A stretch of 64,000 nt of DNA, taken from an uncultured Bacteroides sp. Its GTDB lineage: Bacteria; Bacteroidota; Bacteroidia; Bacteroidales; Bacteroidaceae. The notes below the pieces were generated by a model that was given only the letters and a program-made list of their open reading frames with translations, did no database searches and was not told where the DNA came from. Within the stretch, counting starts at the first letter, position 1. The number at the start of each line of letters is the position of its first letter. The stretch covers positions 545 to 64,544 of the forward strand of contig CAMAFR010000011.1 in NCBI GenBank assembly GCA_945833835.1, in the 5' to 3' direction. The translations under genes and the position numbers were made by a program. Shown piece after piece: positions 17,420 to 26,665 of the stretch.

Positions 17420-18029
17420 TTTCGTTTTCTCCTTTCTGCCATGTTGCCACGGCTGATTTCCAATTCTGCATCTTGTTTTTGCCAATCATCCACCCCTTAG
17501 CCGAATAGAAGTTCACAAACCTTTCGGCATCTACGCTGTAGCCCTTCTCTTCAACGTATGCCTGGACTTCTTCAACGGTTGGGGGTGAAAACCGCTTGGC
17601 GGTTTTCTTTTTACTATTTTCTTTTATAACATCATTATCATTATCACTATCACTATCATATAGGCGTCCATTGGGTGCGACTGGCTCCGACTGGCACCCA
17701 CTGGCACCCACTGGGTGCGACTGGGGTTCTTGGGTATCGTTTGACCCATTGGGTGCGACTGGCTTATTGTTCTTAGCTGCTTCCCTCTTCGTAGCCGCAT
17801 TGCGTCCGTTGTTGCGGTTTCTCTCGACAATGCCTTGATATTTGTCTTCGTCAAGTTCAAATCGTGCCTTGAAGAACTCAAATGCCATTTCAATGTCCTC
17901 CTCTACCTCAACCTCCCCGTCAAGCTGATACTTGAAGATAGCCCTAAACAATCTGCCCAATTGCTTGTCAGATAGTTTTGATATTGGCTTATAAAAGGAT
18001 TTATATATCAAAAAACTTTCTTTACCCAT
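17277..18029 (-). CDS. Phage replication initiator (DUF6291-like N-terminus)
   Basis: KESFLIY..LSDKQLGRLFRAIF.Y; C-terminal FSPPTVEEV..FVNFY..KGW..NWKSAVATW. Confidence 0.8.
   Translation of the reverse strand: MGKESFLIYKSFYKPISKLSDKQLGRLFRAIFKYQLDGEVEVEEDIEMAFEFFKARFELDEDKYQGIVERNRNNGRNAATKREAAKNNKPVAPNGSNDTQEPQSHPVGASGCQSEPVAPNGRLYDSDSDNDNDVIKENSKKKTAKRFSPPTVEEVQAYVEEKGYSVDAERFVNFYSAKGWMIGKNKMQNWKSAVATWQKGENENGNQRKQTDGGYGFRDYPPISRPTGKTDDGAGSDAAQQPSQDYSERF
17668..17763. repeat. Iteron-like repeats within initiator gene (putative origin)
   Basis: CCA(T/C)TGGGTGCGACTGG at 17668, 17708, 17746 plus tandem CTGGCACCCA. Confidence 0.65.
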
Positions 18030-18499
18030 AATCGTTCTGTTTTGTGTAATTCTATATGGCATTTCTTGCAGAGAGTTATTCCATTTTCAATATCAAAACG
18101 ACTTTCCGGGAATAATGAGAATGGTTTAATGTGGTGTGCGTTAAGTTTTCCTCCACGCTTGCCGCAACACTGACATCTATATCCGTCTCTTTCAAAAACT
18201 GCCTTTCTCCACTTCTTATACACAGAAGATTCTCTAATGCTATGATTTCTGTCCGATACACCTCCTTTCCAGTTCCAATGTCTTTTCCCACAAGGATGGA
18301 TATGATTTTTATTAAAATCCATTTCACGCATGATGAACATGAAGGCTATTCCAGCAATGGGGCTCAATCCATGTACTTCTCCCGATTGCGCATAACCGAT
18401 AATGGCATCCAGCACCTCGTATCTGACCTCCTTCGGATAATCCTTCAAGACCTCCATCCAATCAAGGTTGAATATAAAAGACCTGTTATCTGTACTCAT
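18008..18499 (-). CDS. DUF6291-like N-terminus fused to HNH endonuclease
   Basis: SFIFNLDW..LDAIIGYA; then HWNWKGG, WRKAVFERDGYRCQCC..AHHIKPF..NGITLCKKCH. Confidence 0.8.
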   Translation of the reverse strand: MSTDNRSFIFNLDWMEVLKDYPKEVRYEVLDAIIGYAQSGEVHGLSPIAGIAFMFIMREMDFNKNHIHPCGKRHWNWKGGVSDRNHSIRESSVYKKWRKAVFERDGYRCQCCGKRGGKLNAHHIKPFSLFPESRFDIENGITLCKKCHIELHKTERLWVKKVF

Positions 18500-18555
18500 A
18501 ACGATGTTTTTTGAAGAGGAAGGGATTTCTCCCCTCCTCGTTAGTAACTCTGTTA

Positions 18556-19314
18556 TCAGATTTCCATGATGGCAATGTCCGGGGCGAGAGTGCTAATCTT
18601 TTCCAGCACTTCGTCCATGCAACAATCACGGTACTCCTCAGTCAATTCGTTGGCTCCCGGAGATACGAGCTGGAGCATTACACTGCCATCCGTGATGTAG
18701 TGGTCAAACTCAACCTCAATGTTCTGCTTTGCAGTCCCCTTGAAGATGGACATACGCAGGGTGAAGGACTTGGGCAGGTTGCTCTCTACCTCCTGTCGGT
18801 ACACATCAGCCATAGCCCCGGACGGGTCACGCTGCTTCTGAATCTCTGCCTTGCACCTGGCCGTGAAGTTCTTCAACAGGCTCACCAGCTTCATGCACTC
18901 CTCCTTGTCGGCAAACAGGCCACGGTTCAGACGCAGGAACTGCCCCAGCTTGGCAGGCTCCCATCCCTCACGGGTATTGTTGATCCTGCTCTGCTTGTAT
19001 ATGTCAGTGAACTCAACCTTACCCGTGAATGTGCTCTTCCGGTAGGCGTCATCCTCATTGATGGTGAGGGTGATGGTCATGTCCTCACGGTTGACCTTCA
19101 CGTTGGCCTTCTTGTGGTCAAAGGTCTCTGTGCGCTTGTCCAGCCAGTCATACGGAGTGGAGATAACTCCAGCCGTTGAAATGCTCACAGGCTCCTTGGT
19201 GGGGAGTTGCTCAACCGCTTTCGGGGCTTCGCCTACTCGTTGGATAACTTCGATGGGTTTTTCACCGTTGTAGTGCTCAATGTTGATGCACAATGTCTTT
19301 TCTTCTTTTTCCAT
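18556..19314 (-). CDS. Conserved phage protein (possibly DUF2303/YfdQ-like)
   Basis: 252 aa; LPKSFTLRMSIFKG. Confidence 0.6.
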   Translation of the reverse strand: MEKEEKTLCINIEHYNGEKPIEVIQRVGEAPKAVEQLPTKEPVSISTAGVISTPYDWLDKRTETFDHKKANVKVNREDMTITLTINEDDAYRKSTFTGKVEFTDIYKQSRINNTREGWEPAKLGQFLRLNRGLFADKEECMKLVSLLKNFTARCKAEIQKQRDPSGAMADVYRQEVESNLPKSFTLRMSIFKGTAKQNIEVEFDHYITDGSVMLQLVSPGANELTEEYRDCCMDEVLEKISTLAPDIAIMEI

Positions 19315-19349
19315 AAATCAAAAAATTAAGTTGGTTAATATTGGTATGA

Positions 19350-19778
19350 TTATCCGTTGGTTCCGGTTCTGCGCAGGGCACGGAACACGTTCCGTTGCCG
19401 CTCTTCGGGTGTCATGGGACGCTGTTCCAGCAGGTAGCCTTCCGGAGAGTAGATGCCAACCTTACCCTCATCCTCATCCACGAACTTGTAGCATTCACCC
19501 TTGACCCATTCGCCACCTGCTTTGAGCTCGTTACGGATGGAGGCAATACGTTCGCACAGGGGTTTGAGTTTGGCCTTGTACTCTGCCCGGATAGAGGCCA
19601 GTTCCTCCTCCAAGTCATTCACTTGGATAGCCACCTCCGCCAGCTCTGCCCTACGCTCGTTGGTCTCTTCTGAGCCGAACTTGCGTGTGTAGCTTCGCTC
19701 AACGATTTGGTCACAACTATCCTTTATGATAGCTCCCCGTTGTTCAATCGGGGTGTCAGCAAGCATGATTTCTTTCAT
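19350..19778 (-). CDS. Hypothetical coiled-coil phage protein
   Basis: 142 aa ending RPMTPEERQ. Confidence 0.7.
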   Translation of the reverse strand: MKEIMLADTPIEQRGAIIKDSCDQIVERSYTRKFGSEETNERRAELAEVAIQVNDLEEELASIRAEYKAKLKPLCERIASIRNELKAGGEWVKGECYKFVDEDEGKVGIYSPEGYLLEQRPMTPEERQRNVFRALRRTGTNG

Positions 19779-19863
19779 ACGCTTCTTTTTTTAAGTTGAT
19801 AACTATTTTGTTTTTTCGTTCCTGTAGTTTCAATCCACGCACTCACATGGAATGCGACTACAT

Positions 19864-20475
19864 CTATTCATCAATGATGAAGTCACCCGTTGCGAAGTTA
19901 AATTGCAGGTATTCTGCCCACAGCTTTACGAAGTTACGTCCACCGAAGTAAAGTGCTTGCTCTTTCGTTTCTTGGCACAAGCGGAACCCAAGGTACGCAT
20001 GCGCACCCGAGGAGCGATTAGGCGCACCCAGACAACCGAACCCGGCACGCGCCCCAAAACACGCATAAGCGGACAAAAGAGCCACCTTCTTATCTGCGGC
20101 CATGCCGTCAATCTCACCTTTCGTCCATAAGGCAAACCAAGGCCAATAGAATATCTTGCTACCTTCTGCATCCGGCTTAGGTTGCCAGTTCTTCCCCCAC
20201 AATGCACGGGAGATAGTTTCCAGCTTCATAAGAGCAACAATATGATTAGGAAGGTTCGGCCAGAGCGTATCAAAGTAAACCGGGGCATGGCCAAGGGCTT
20301 CACAAGCATCCTCATAGCTTGTGATGGACGTGTAATCGTCCAGCGTTGGCTTCTTCTGGGTAAGTTCCTCAGCAATATCCGGGAATAACGCTGTCAGCGT
20401 TTCCTTCACTTCGTCAGATTGGGCTTTCTTGAATGCTGCCCTTACTTGTTCTTCCTTCAATTCAATTGTCTTCAT
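19864..20475 (-). CDS. Early-region protein carrying a DGR-like variable region
   Basis: SAYACFGARAGFGCLGAPNRSSGAHAYLGFRL segment encoded by A-depleted codons. Confidence 0.75.
   Translation of the reverse strand: MKTIELKEEQVRAAFKKAQSDEVKETLTALFPDIAEELTQKKPTLDDYTSITSYEDACEALGHAPVYFDTLWPNLPNHIVALMKLETISRALWGKNWQPKPDAEGSKIFYWPWFALWTKGEIDGMAADKKVALLSAYACFGARAGFGCLGAPNRSSGAHAYLGFRLCQETKEQALYFGGRNFVKLWAEYLQFNFATGDFIIDE
19981..20073 (-). other. Putative DGR variable region (VR)
   Basis: 93 nt with only 5 A on coding strand; NNT/NNC codons interspersed with A-free scaffold codons, ending GFR. Confidence 0.7.
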
Positions 20476-20623
20476 CTTTCAATGTTTTTAGTTTCTTTAT
20501 CAGATTGTTGAGTAATCTCTTGGTGTTTTCTATCCGCAGGCCACTACCTGGAGGAATGGCCGCTATCAGCACGGGTATCAGCCTTATCAGCTCGCTGACC
20601 ACATAGTTGGGTATCTTTTTCAT
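20462..20623 (-). CDS. Small hypothetical protein (53 aa, not in ORF track)
   Basis: MKKIPNYVVSELIRLIP...; overlaps both neighbours. Confidence 0.5.
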   Translation of the reverse strand: MKKIPNYVVSELIRLIPVLIAAIPPGSGLRIENTKRLLNNLIKKLKTLKDEDN

Positions 20624-21038
20624 TCATCCTCCAATACTTGTCAGGGTCGGGAATATCCATGTTTAGAAACTCCTTGGCATACTCACGTAGTTTCTCGCAA
20701 TAGGCTGAGAAGGTCACGGTGTCCATGAGGGCAGTGGAACTTGGGAAGGTGACTATCTCACCCGTTTCCTTGTTCACCACTCTATCGGCAGTCATTTGAG
20801 CCTTGAAGAACTCATGTACCTGCTCGATAGAAGTGAACTCCCATCCGGCATCCAGCAACCCGTCCAGCAACATGGGGTAAATGCAGCCCCACAACCAGCC
20901 GTTTTGGTCATTGCTCCTCGGCTTCCGTACCTTCTTCACCTCAATCCTGTATATCCCGTCCGTCACTTGCCGGAACCAGTCATACAGGGGACGGAGGTCA
21001 AACAATCCGTTGCGCTTTTCCACGTTGAGCTTTGCCAT
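20544..21038 (-). CDS. NinB/YbcN-like recombination accessory protein
   Basis: RSNDQNGWLWG, VHEFFK, SSTALMDT..F..Y. Confidence 0.65.
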   Translation of the reverse strand: MAKLNVEKRNGLFDLRPLYDWFRQVTDGIYRIEVKKVRKPRSNDQNGWLWGCIYPMLLDGLLDAGWEFTSIEQVHEFFKAQMTADRVVNKETGEIVTFPSSTALMDTVTFSAYCEKLREYAKEFLNMDIPDPDKYWRMNEKDTQLCGQRADKADTRADSGHSSR

Positions 21039-21043
21039 AGGTG

Positions 21044-21766
21044 TCAATACTTGTCAATGTCAACCACCAATCCGGGATTGGCTATGTATGTCCGTATGCC
21101 AGTGGCAGCTTCCACGGCCTCCTTGAAACGCTGCTCATTGCTGTTGTCGTTGGAGAGGTGCAAGAGCATGATTTCCGATACCTCACTGAGGTCATTGGCC
21201 TCCAACAGCTCCAGGCAGGTTCCCAGCTCCATGTGTGAGGTCATCAGCCTCTCCCTCTGTGCTGGCAGCGTCCGTCCGGCTTCAATGGCCATCATCAAGT
21301 CCACATCGCTATAGTTGCACTCCACCATGATATGATTGAGCCCTTTGAAGGTGTACTCACACATATAGCTGTCCGTAAGGAAGAGGATTTTGCCGCACTT
21401 GGTATGCTCAATCAGATACCCCACACAGGGCACATCATGGCAGGCACGGAATGGCAGCACCTTGAAGCGTCCCAGCTTGTAGCCAGTACCGGGGTTGACA
21501 GATACCATAGGTGCAACCTCCTTAGCCAGCCACACCTCCGGCAATGCCAAGGTCGTGATACCGTTCATCACCATGTCCCTCATATACTTGGCATGGTCAT
21601 TGTGTTGGTGGGTAATTAAACAGCCAGCGACCTTGCGCAGGTTGAAGCGCAGAGCCTTCTTCACCTCAGCGAAGCGTATGCCAGCCTCGATAATCAGAGC
21701 CTCGTTGCCATCATCCAAGATATAGCAATTGCCGCTGCTGCTTGACCCCAATACTCTTACTACCAT
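21044..21766 (-). CDS. MBL-fold metallo-hydrolase (probable exonuclease)
   Basis: LGSSSSGN, ITHQHNDH, HDV, TDS, HLS. Confidence 0.85.
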   Translation of the reverse strand: MVVRVLGSSSSGNCYILDDGNEALIIEAGIRFAEVKKALRFNLRKVAGCLITHQHNDHAKYMRDMVMNGITTLALPEVWLAKEVAPMVSVNPGTGYKLGRFKVLPFRACHDVPCVGYLIEHTKCGKILFLTDSYMCEYTFKGLNHIMVECNYSDVDLMMAIEAGRTLPAQRERLMTSHMELGTCLELLEANDLSEVSEIMLLHLSNDNSNEQRFKEAVEAATGIRTYIANPGLVVDIDKY

Positions 21767-21769
21767 AGA

Positions 21770-22753
21770 TCAATACGGAGTATCATCCTCACTTGGTTCC
21801 TGCTCTGCCTTGGCAGGGCTTGCACCGTTACTATTCAGCTCCACATAGCTGGCATCCTCGGCATCTATCACCTGCTTGTTGGCGAAGTCAGCCTTATTGC
21901 CCTCTCTCTGTGTCTCGCTGTCGCCCTCGATGTCGTTGTCAATGGCGGTTTGCATTTCCACGGAGAGATAGCCGTATTTACTTAGTAAATTGCGGATAAC
22001 GGTCTTCAATGCCATGCCATGAAAGTTGCCCGTCCATCCTACTTCCTTGCTATCCACGTTCAGAGGCATGGATGCAAGAACCATCAGCGTTTCAGCGGTC
22101 ACGTCACGCTTGTTGGCAATGCTCTTGGAGAATCGCTTGGCGTGCTTGGCCATCTGCTCCACCGTCATGTAGAGCGTCTTGCTGAATCCGTTCAACAGCT
22201 CGATATAGCAGAAGTAGCCGATAATCTTGTCACTCTTCTTCTCCCCATCGAAGGAGATTTCCCCGGTCAGCTTGTTCACGGTACGGAGCTCTCCCTCATA
22301 CACTACATCAGCGTTGATGGTGCGGTACTGGCCAGTGCGCAGAGCCAGTTGGATATAGCCCTTGTAGCCGATTTGGAAGGTTGGCTCCATCACCTTCATC
22401 CAATTGCCATGCTCGTCCTTCTTGGAGTTGTTGTAGGCAATCACGTAGGCGAATCCCATAGACTTGTTGATGGGCAGGTTGAGCACAGCCGCTTTGAGGG
22501 CTTCGCATATCACCTGCTTGGGTTGGCACTGGCGTAGGCCGCTGTCGGTGTTGTAGAGGTCAATCACGGAGGCAATGAACTTGTTGGCGTGCTTGCCCAA
22601 TGCGTTGTTGAACTGCTGCTTCACGCTGTCTGCTGACAGCATGGATTTCAGAATGTCAATAGGCTTCTGCTGACTGGCTACCTGTGTGCCGGCCTTTGCA
22701 GCCGTTGCCTGTACTGCTGTTGTCTGTTGTTGTGTCATCATACTCAATTGCAT
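21770..22753 (-). CDS. recT: RecT-family single-strand annealing protein
   Basis: FQIGYKGYIQLALRTGQY..INADVVYEGE; MALKTVIRNLL. Confidence 0.85.
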   Translation of the reverse strand: MQLSMMTQQQTTAVQATAAKAGTQVASQQKPIDILKSMLSADSVKQQFNNALGKHANKFIASVIDLYNTDSGLRQCQPKQVICEALKAAVLNLPINKSMGFAYVIAYNNSKKDEHGNWMKVMEPTFQIGYKGYIQLALRTGQYRTINADVVYEGELRTVNKLTGEISFDGEKKSDKIIGYFCYIELLNGFSKTLYMTVEQMAKHAKRFSKSIANKRDVTAETLMVLASMPLNVDSKEVGWTGNFHGMALKTVIRNLLSKYGYLSVEMQTAIDNDIEGDSETQREGNKADFANKQVIDAEDASYVELNSNGASPAKAEQEPSEDDTPY

Positions 22754-22769
22754 TAGGGTTATACATTGG

Positions 22770-23042
22770 TCACATCAATGGGCATTTCTGTTTGGCCGGA
22801 GCCTCCAGCACAAGCCAGTGTTTCCGTTCGTGGTAGTCAGCATTGATTTCCTTCAATCGTACCTCCAAAGAGTGCTTCTCCATGCTCAACTTGGATAGTT
22901 GCGCCCTCATTTCGTCCATCTGATGGCGTATCTCCAACATCTTGGAGTTGATTGCACCGATTTCCCGTTTCACGGGTAATGTGGCCTTCGCCTGTTGCTC
23001 GTTGATTTCCATCATCTGAGCATCATATTCCTTTTGTGTCAT
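22770..23042 (-). CDS. Hypothetical coiled-coil protein
   Basis: 90-aa ORF. Confidence 0.65.
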   Translation of the reverse strand: MTQKEYDAQMMEINEQQAKATLPVKREIGAINSKMLEIRHQMDEMRAQLSKLSMEKHSLEVRLKEINADYHERKHWLVLEAPAKQKCPLM

Positions 23043-23066
23043 ACTAATTGGTTTAATTGGTTTGAG

Positions 23067-25028
23067 TTATTTGATAGTGAGTTGTTTGTCCTTAGTCACC
23101 ACAAGCCGGATGATTTGGCTCTCGCTCGGAATGAGCTGATTCACGCTCTCGGCATTGTCGAAGAAGACGGGAGCTGTGATACCCTTGGCCTTGCAGATAG
23201 CGTTGATGATGTCAAGCCCGGCATTCACCTTCCCGGCATTGTTCACATCGGGGTAGGGCTTGCCGTTCACGGTGCATACACACGTCAGCTTCTCGCCACC
23301 GTTCAGTTGTTCATCCACGAAGGAGAAGGAAACGTAGGTGAAGAGGGAGTTGATACGCTTCAACAGCTCGGCATCCTTATCCTTCTGAAATTGCATGGCC
23401 GTAAACTCCCACTTCTCCAAGTCGGCAAGCTGTTGGGCATTGGCCTTGCGCTTCTCCTCCAGCATGGCTATCTCCTTGTTGGCACGGTCTATCTGCTCAC
23501 GCTTGCCCATGCGCTTGTAGAGCTCCTGTAGGCTTTCGTTGAGGTACTGCTTCTTGCCATTGAGCGTTGTCACGTCTTCGGGCTTGGCCTCGATGGTGAG
23601 CTGATTCTGTAGCTCGGTAATCTCGTTCTTGATGTCAATGGATGCTTGGTCAGCGGCCAGCAACATATCCACATTCTCGGCTTCGGGCAGGTTCTTCTCC
23701 AGCTCTTCGGCCTCAGTCACCTTCTTCATCAATTGGGCTGTGTAGCCCTCAATCTCGGCAAGGCTGGCATCACGCTTAGCGGTCAGTTCTACCACCTCCT
23801 TCTTCACGGCCATTCCCTTCTGCTTATTGGCCTCCAGTTTCTTGGCCTTATCCTTGTTGAAGTTGGCCTGTAGCTCCTGCTGCTTGGCCTCCACGTCAGC
23901 CACTTCAAGAGGCCTCTTGCAGGTGGGGCACACAAAGGCACCATCGGGATAGGTCAGTTGTTCGGCATTGATGGTGCGGTACTCTGCCCGGAGTGCCTGT
24001 AGCTCCTGCTCTGCCTTGGCAAGCTGCCCGTTCAGACGGTCAAGCTTGCCCTCCTCCATCTTCTTGCGCTCACGCAGCATGAAGGCTTCATCCTGCGCCT
24101 TGGTAAGGGTCATTATCGCCTCGTTGCGCCCGTTGTTGGCCTGCTGCTTCACCTCGGCCTCACGATTGGCCAACGCAATACGCTTCTCGTTGATGGCGGC
24201 TTGTATCTTGGCCTTGCGCTCGTACTCCTGTTGGTTAGCCTTGTTCTTGTCGGCAATGAGGCAATCAATGAGCTGGATTTCCTGCTTCTTCTCGCTGGCC
24301 TCGGCATCCAGTGCCACCCAATCCTCTTCCTCCGGCATGAGGTTCTTGGCGGTTTCAAGCTGGCTTGGAATCACCTCCAGCTCGCTCTTGCAAGCCCGTT
24401 TCTTGGCCGCTACCTCCTTGGCATATTGGGCAATGCTACGCCCGTTGAGCTGTGCCAACAGCTCCTTGAAGTCCTCGCAAATCCCGGCTACCTGCTCATC
24501 CGTCACGTCCCCGGCCATATCAAACAGCATGGCCTTCTGTGCCTCCGGCTTCATGCTCGTAAAGTAGAAGGGATTGGTAATCATGCGGAACACATCTTCG
24601 GGGATGATGGCAGCTATCTCCATGTCGTACTCCCGTTTGGTGGAGAGCTTGACACCGTTGATGTAGAACTCCGTCACATGGTTCTTCAACTGCTCCTCCA
24701 CGGAGCCACGGGGCTTCACCCAATTCTCCGTGTACTTGCGTTGCAGCTCCATTTCCCTACCGTCCACCGTCAGCTTGGCCGTTACCGAATGCTCCAAGTG
24801 GAGGATGGCCTTGCCCTGTCCGTCCAGTGTCTTGATGTTGAAGTTGCTGTCACTACGTCCCGTGCTGTCCTTACCGAACAGGAGCCACAGGAACGAATCA
24901 AAGAGGGTAGTCTTGCCCGTGCCGTTGTCGCCACATACCAGCGTTTCCGCATCAGCGAAGTTCACGGTCAGCTCCCGGATGCCCTTGAAGTTCACAAGGG
25001 AGAGTTGTCTGAGTTTGATTGTCTTCAT
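23067..25028 (-). CDS. SbcC/Rad50-like ATPase
   Basis: NFKG, GDNGTGKT, coiled coils, CPTC hook, VFFDNAES. Confidence 0.85.
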   Translation of the reverse strand: MKTIKLRQLSLVNFKGIRELTVNFADAETLVCGDNGTGKTTLFDSFLWLLFGKDSTGRSDSNFNIKTLDGQGKAILHLEHSVTAKLTVDGREMELQRKYTENWVKPRGSVEEQLKNHVTEFYINGVKLSTKREYDMEIAAIIPEDVFRMITNPFYFTSMKPEAQKAMLFDMAGDVTDEQVAGICEDFKELLAQLNGRSIAQYAKEVAAKKRACKSELEVIPSQLETAKNLMPEEEDWVALDAEASEKKQEIQLIDCLIADKNKANQQEYERKAKIQAAINEKRIALANREAEVKQQANNGRNEAIMTLTKAQDEAFMLRERKKMEEGKLDRLNGQLAKAEQELQALRAEYRTINAEQLTYPDGAFVCPTCKRPLEVADVEAKQQELQANFNKDKAKKLEANKQKGMAVKKEVVELTAKRDASLAEIEGYTAQLMKKVTEAEELEKNLPEAENVDMLLAADQASIDIKNEITELQNQLTIEAKPEDVTTLNGKKQYLNESLQELYKRMGKREQIDRANKEIAMLEEKRKANAQQLADLEKWEFTAMQFQKDKDAELLKRINSLFTYVSFSFVDEQLNGGEKLTCVCTVNGKPYPDVNNAGKVNAGLDIINAICKAKGITAPVFFDNAESVNQLIPSESQIIRLVVTKDKQLTIK

Positions 25029-25044
25029 ACTCGTTGAATCTTGT

Positions 25045-25329
25045 TTAATGGTTGATATATTGGTTCAGTTTCTCACTCTTATCTACGGCCATCAGCTCGG
25101 CTCTTGAATAGAGCACCTTGCACCCACGCTGTGAGCCGTTGCGCTCTGTGCTCACCCTCTGCTGGCTCTTCCACCGCTTCACACGTGCCTCACCAAACTG
25201 GCGGTAGGCTTCACGCTGTGATATGAGGTCTTTCACTGGCTGGATTTCCTTCAAGAAGTTGGCAGCTCCAAGGCTGGCCATATCCATGCACAGGTTCTTC
25301 AACTGATAGAGGTCTAAGGTCACGCTCAT
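25045..25329 (-). CDS. Excisionase-like DNA-binding protein
   Basis: DLISQREAYRQFGEARVKRW..YSRAEL. Confidence 0.6.
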   Translation of the reverse strand: MSVTLDLYQLKNLCMDMASLGAANFLKEIQPVKDLISQREAYRQFGEARVKRWKSQQRVSTERNGSQRGCKVLYSRAELMAVDKSEKLNQYINH

Positions 25330-25541
25330 ACTCTGCCCTCCATCTGCTTGCGTGCGAAGTAGTCACGCACGGATTCCGTTCCATACTCGCTGTCGGTGTA
25401 GAACACCCAAGCCAGCAACACGCAGGCAGCGCAGGTGAAGGTGTGCCACCATGCCCCACACAGCAGGCATACAAAGCATACTACTGCCAGCAATGCGGCA
25501 ATGATGCAATTCATCAGATTGGTTCTTGTCTCTCGTTTCAT
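25326..25541 (-). CDS. Small membrane protein
   Basis: 71 aa, two hydrophobic segments. Confidence 0.6.
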   Translation of the reverse strand: MKRETRTNLMNCIIAALLAVVCFVCLLCGAWWHTFTCAACVLLAWVFYTDSEYGTESVRDYFARKQMEGRV

Positions 25542-25552
25542 GGTCTATTGAG

Positions 25553-25780
25553 TTATGAGTTTGCTAATTTGAATACTTCGTTTTCCTTCACCCCTATCAG
25601 CTTGGCTACGATGGAGGTACGCAGGCTGTCGGGCTTCTGTGTGCCGTATATCCATGCCCGGACGGTGATTTCACTCACCCGGCATTCGCTGGCCACCTTG
25701 CGCACAAAGTCGGCCTTCGGTGCGGACACCGACCTTTCGGGCAGTCCGTCATAAAATTGTCTCAATGTACTTTTAGCCAT
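25553..25780 (-). CDS. Cro-like regulator
   Basis: HTH (VASECRVSEITVRAWIYG..KP), divergent from cI. Confidence 0.75.
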   Translation of the reverse strand: MAKSTLRQFYDGLPERSVSAPKADFVRKVASECRVSEITVRAWIYGTQKPDSLRTSIVAKLIGVKENEVFKLANS

Positions 25781-25829
25781 ATCTTCTTAATTTTTTAGTC
25801 CATTTAGTGTGTCGCTCAAACATATTTTG

Positions 25830-25919
25830 TATATTTGCGCCAATCACATCAAGTATTTCGGTGCAAATATAGACATTAAATCTAAGACAACAATAGTTTC
25901 GTCTAAGATTTATCGTCTA
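25830..25919. promoter_or_regulatory. Lysis/lysogeny switch: face-to-face promoters and operators
   Basis: TATATTTG on + at 25830-25837 and on - at 25864-25871; 15-bp sites TAGACATTAAATCTA (25870) and AAGATTTATCGTCTA (25905). Confidence 0.65.
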
Positions 25920-25944
25920 ATTAGTAATTTTTAATAATTGGAAT

Positions 25945-26610
25945 ATGAACGAAAGAGTATTGACATTTATTGATTACTTGGGCATATCTATCTCAGAATT
26001 TGAGCGTTATTGTGGTTTAAGCAATGGGGCTGTGTCTAAGATGGGAGATAATACACGTATGGCTACATTAGACAGAATATCTAAGGCATATCCTCAGATA
26101 AATGTCAATTGGTTGCGCACTGGCGAAGGCTCGATGTTGGTATCTCCATCCGGCTCTCAATCTTCTTCCCCCGTGAGGGAGCAAGATTTTCCTCGTGAGG
26201 AAAGTAGGACAGCTACGTTTGTGAAGCTGATACCCGTTGCAGCCCAAGGAGGCAGTCTGACCGATTTCATTTACTCGGTGAAGGAATCGGATTGTGAGCT
26301 CATTGCCTCCCCGATACGTGATGTGGATTTGGCTATACAGGTGTCGGGTGACAGCATGGCTCCCGAATACCCCAACGGGAGCCATGTCTATGTGAAGAGG
26401 ATCAACGAGAAGGCCTTCATCGAGTGGGGCAAGGTGTATGTGCTCGACACGTGCAACGGCTCCGTGATAAAGATTCTTGTTCCGTCCGAACGTGAGGGCT
26501 ACGTGCGCTGCCTCTCCATCAACAAGGATCCCAAGTTCGCTCCCTTTGAGGTCAGTCTGACTGACATCAGAGGCGTTTACCGGGTGCTGCTGTGCATGAG
26601 CCTAAAGTAA
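25945..26610 (+). CDS. CI-like repressor with S24 peptidase domain
   Basis: N-terminal HTH, NWLRTGEG, VSGDSMAP, VIKIL. Confidence 0.9.
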   Translation: MNERVLTFIDYLGISISEFERYCGLSNGAVSKMGDNTRMATLDRISKAYPQINVNWLRTGEGSMLVSPSGSQSSSPVREQDFPREESRTATFVKLIPVAAQGGSLTDFIYSVKESDCELIASPIRDVDLAIQVSGDSMAPEYPNGSHVYVKRINEKAFIEWGKVYVLDTCNGSVIKILVPSEREGYVRCLSINKDPKFAPFEVSLTDIRGVYRVLLCMSLK

Positions 26611-26665
26611 TGGGTATATTTGCGTTGGCAATGATAGGATATAAAGTATTGAACTCAAAAATAAA

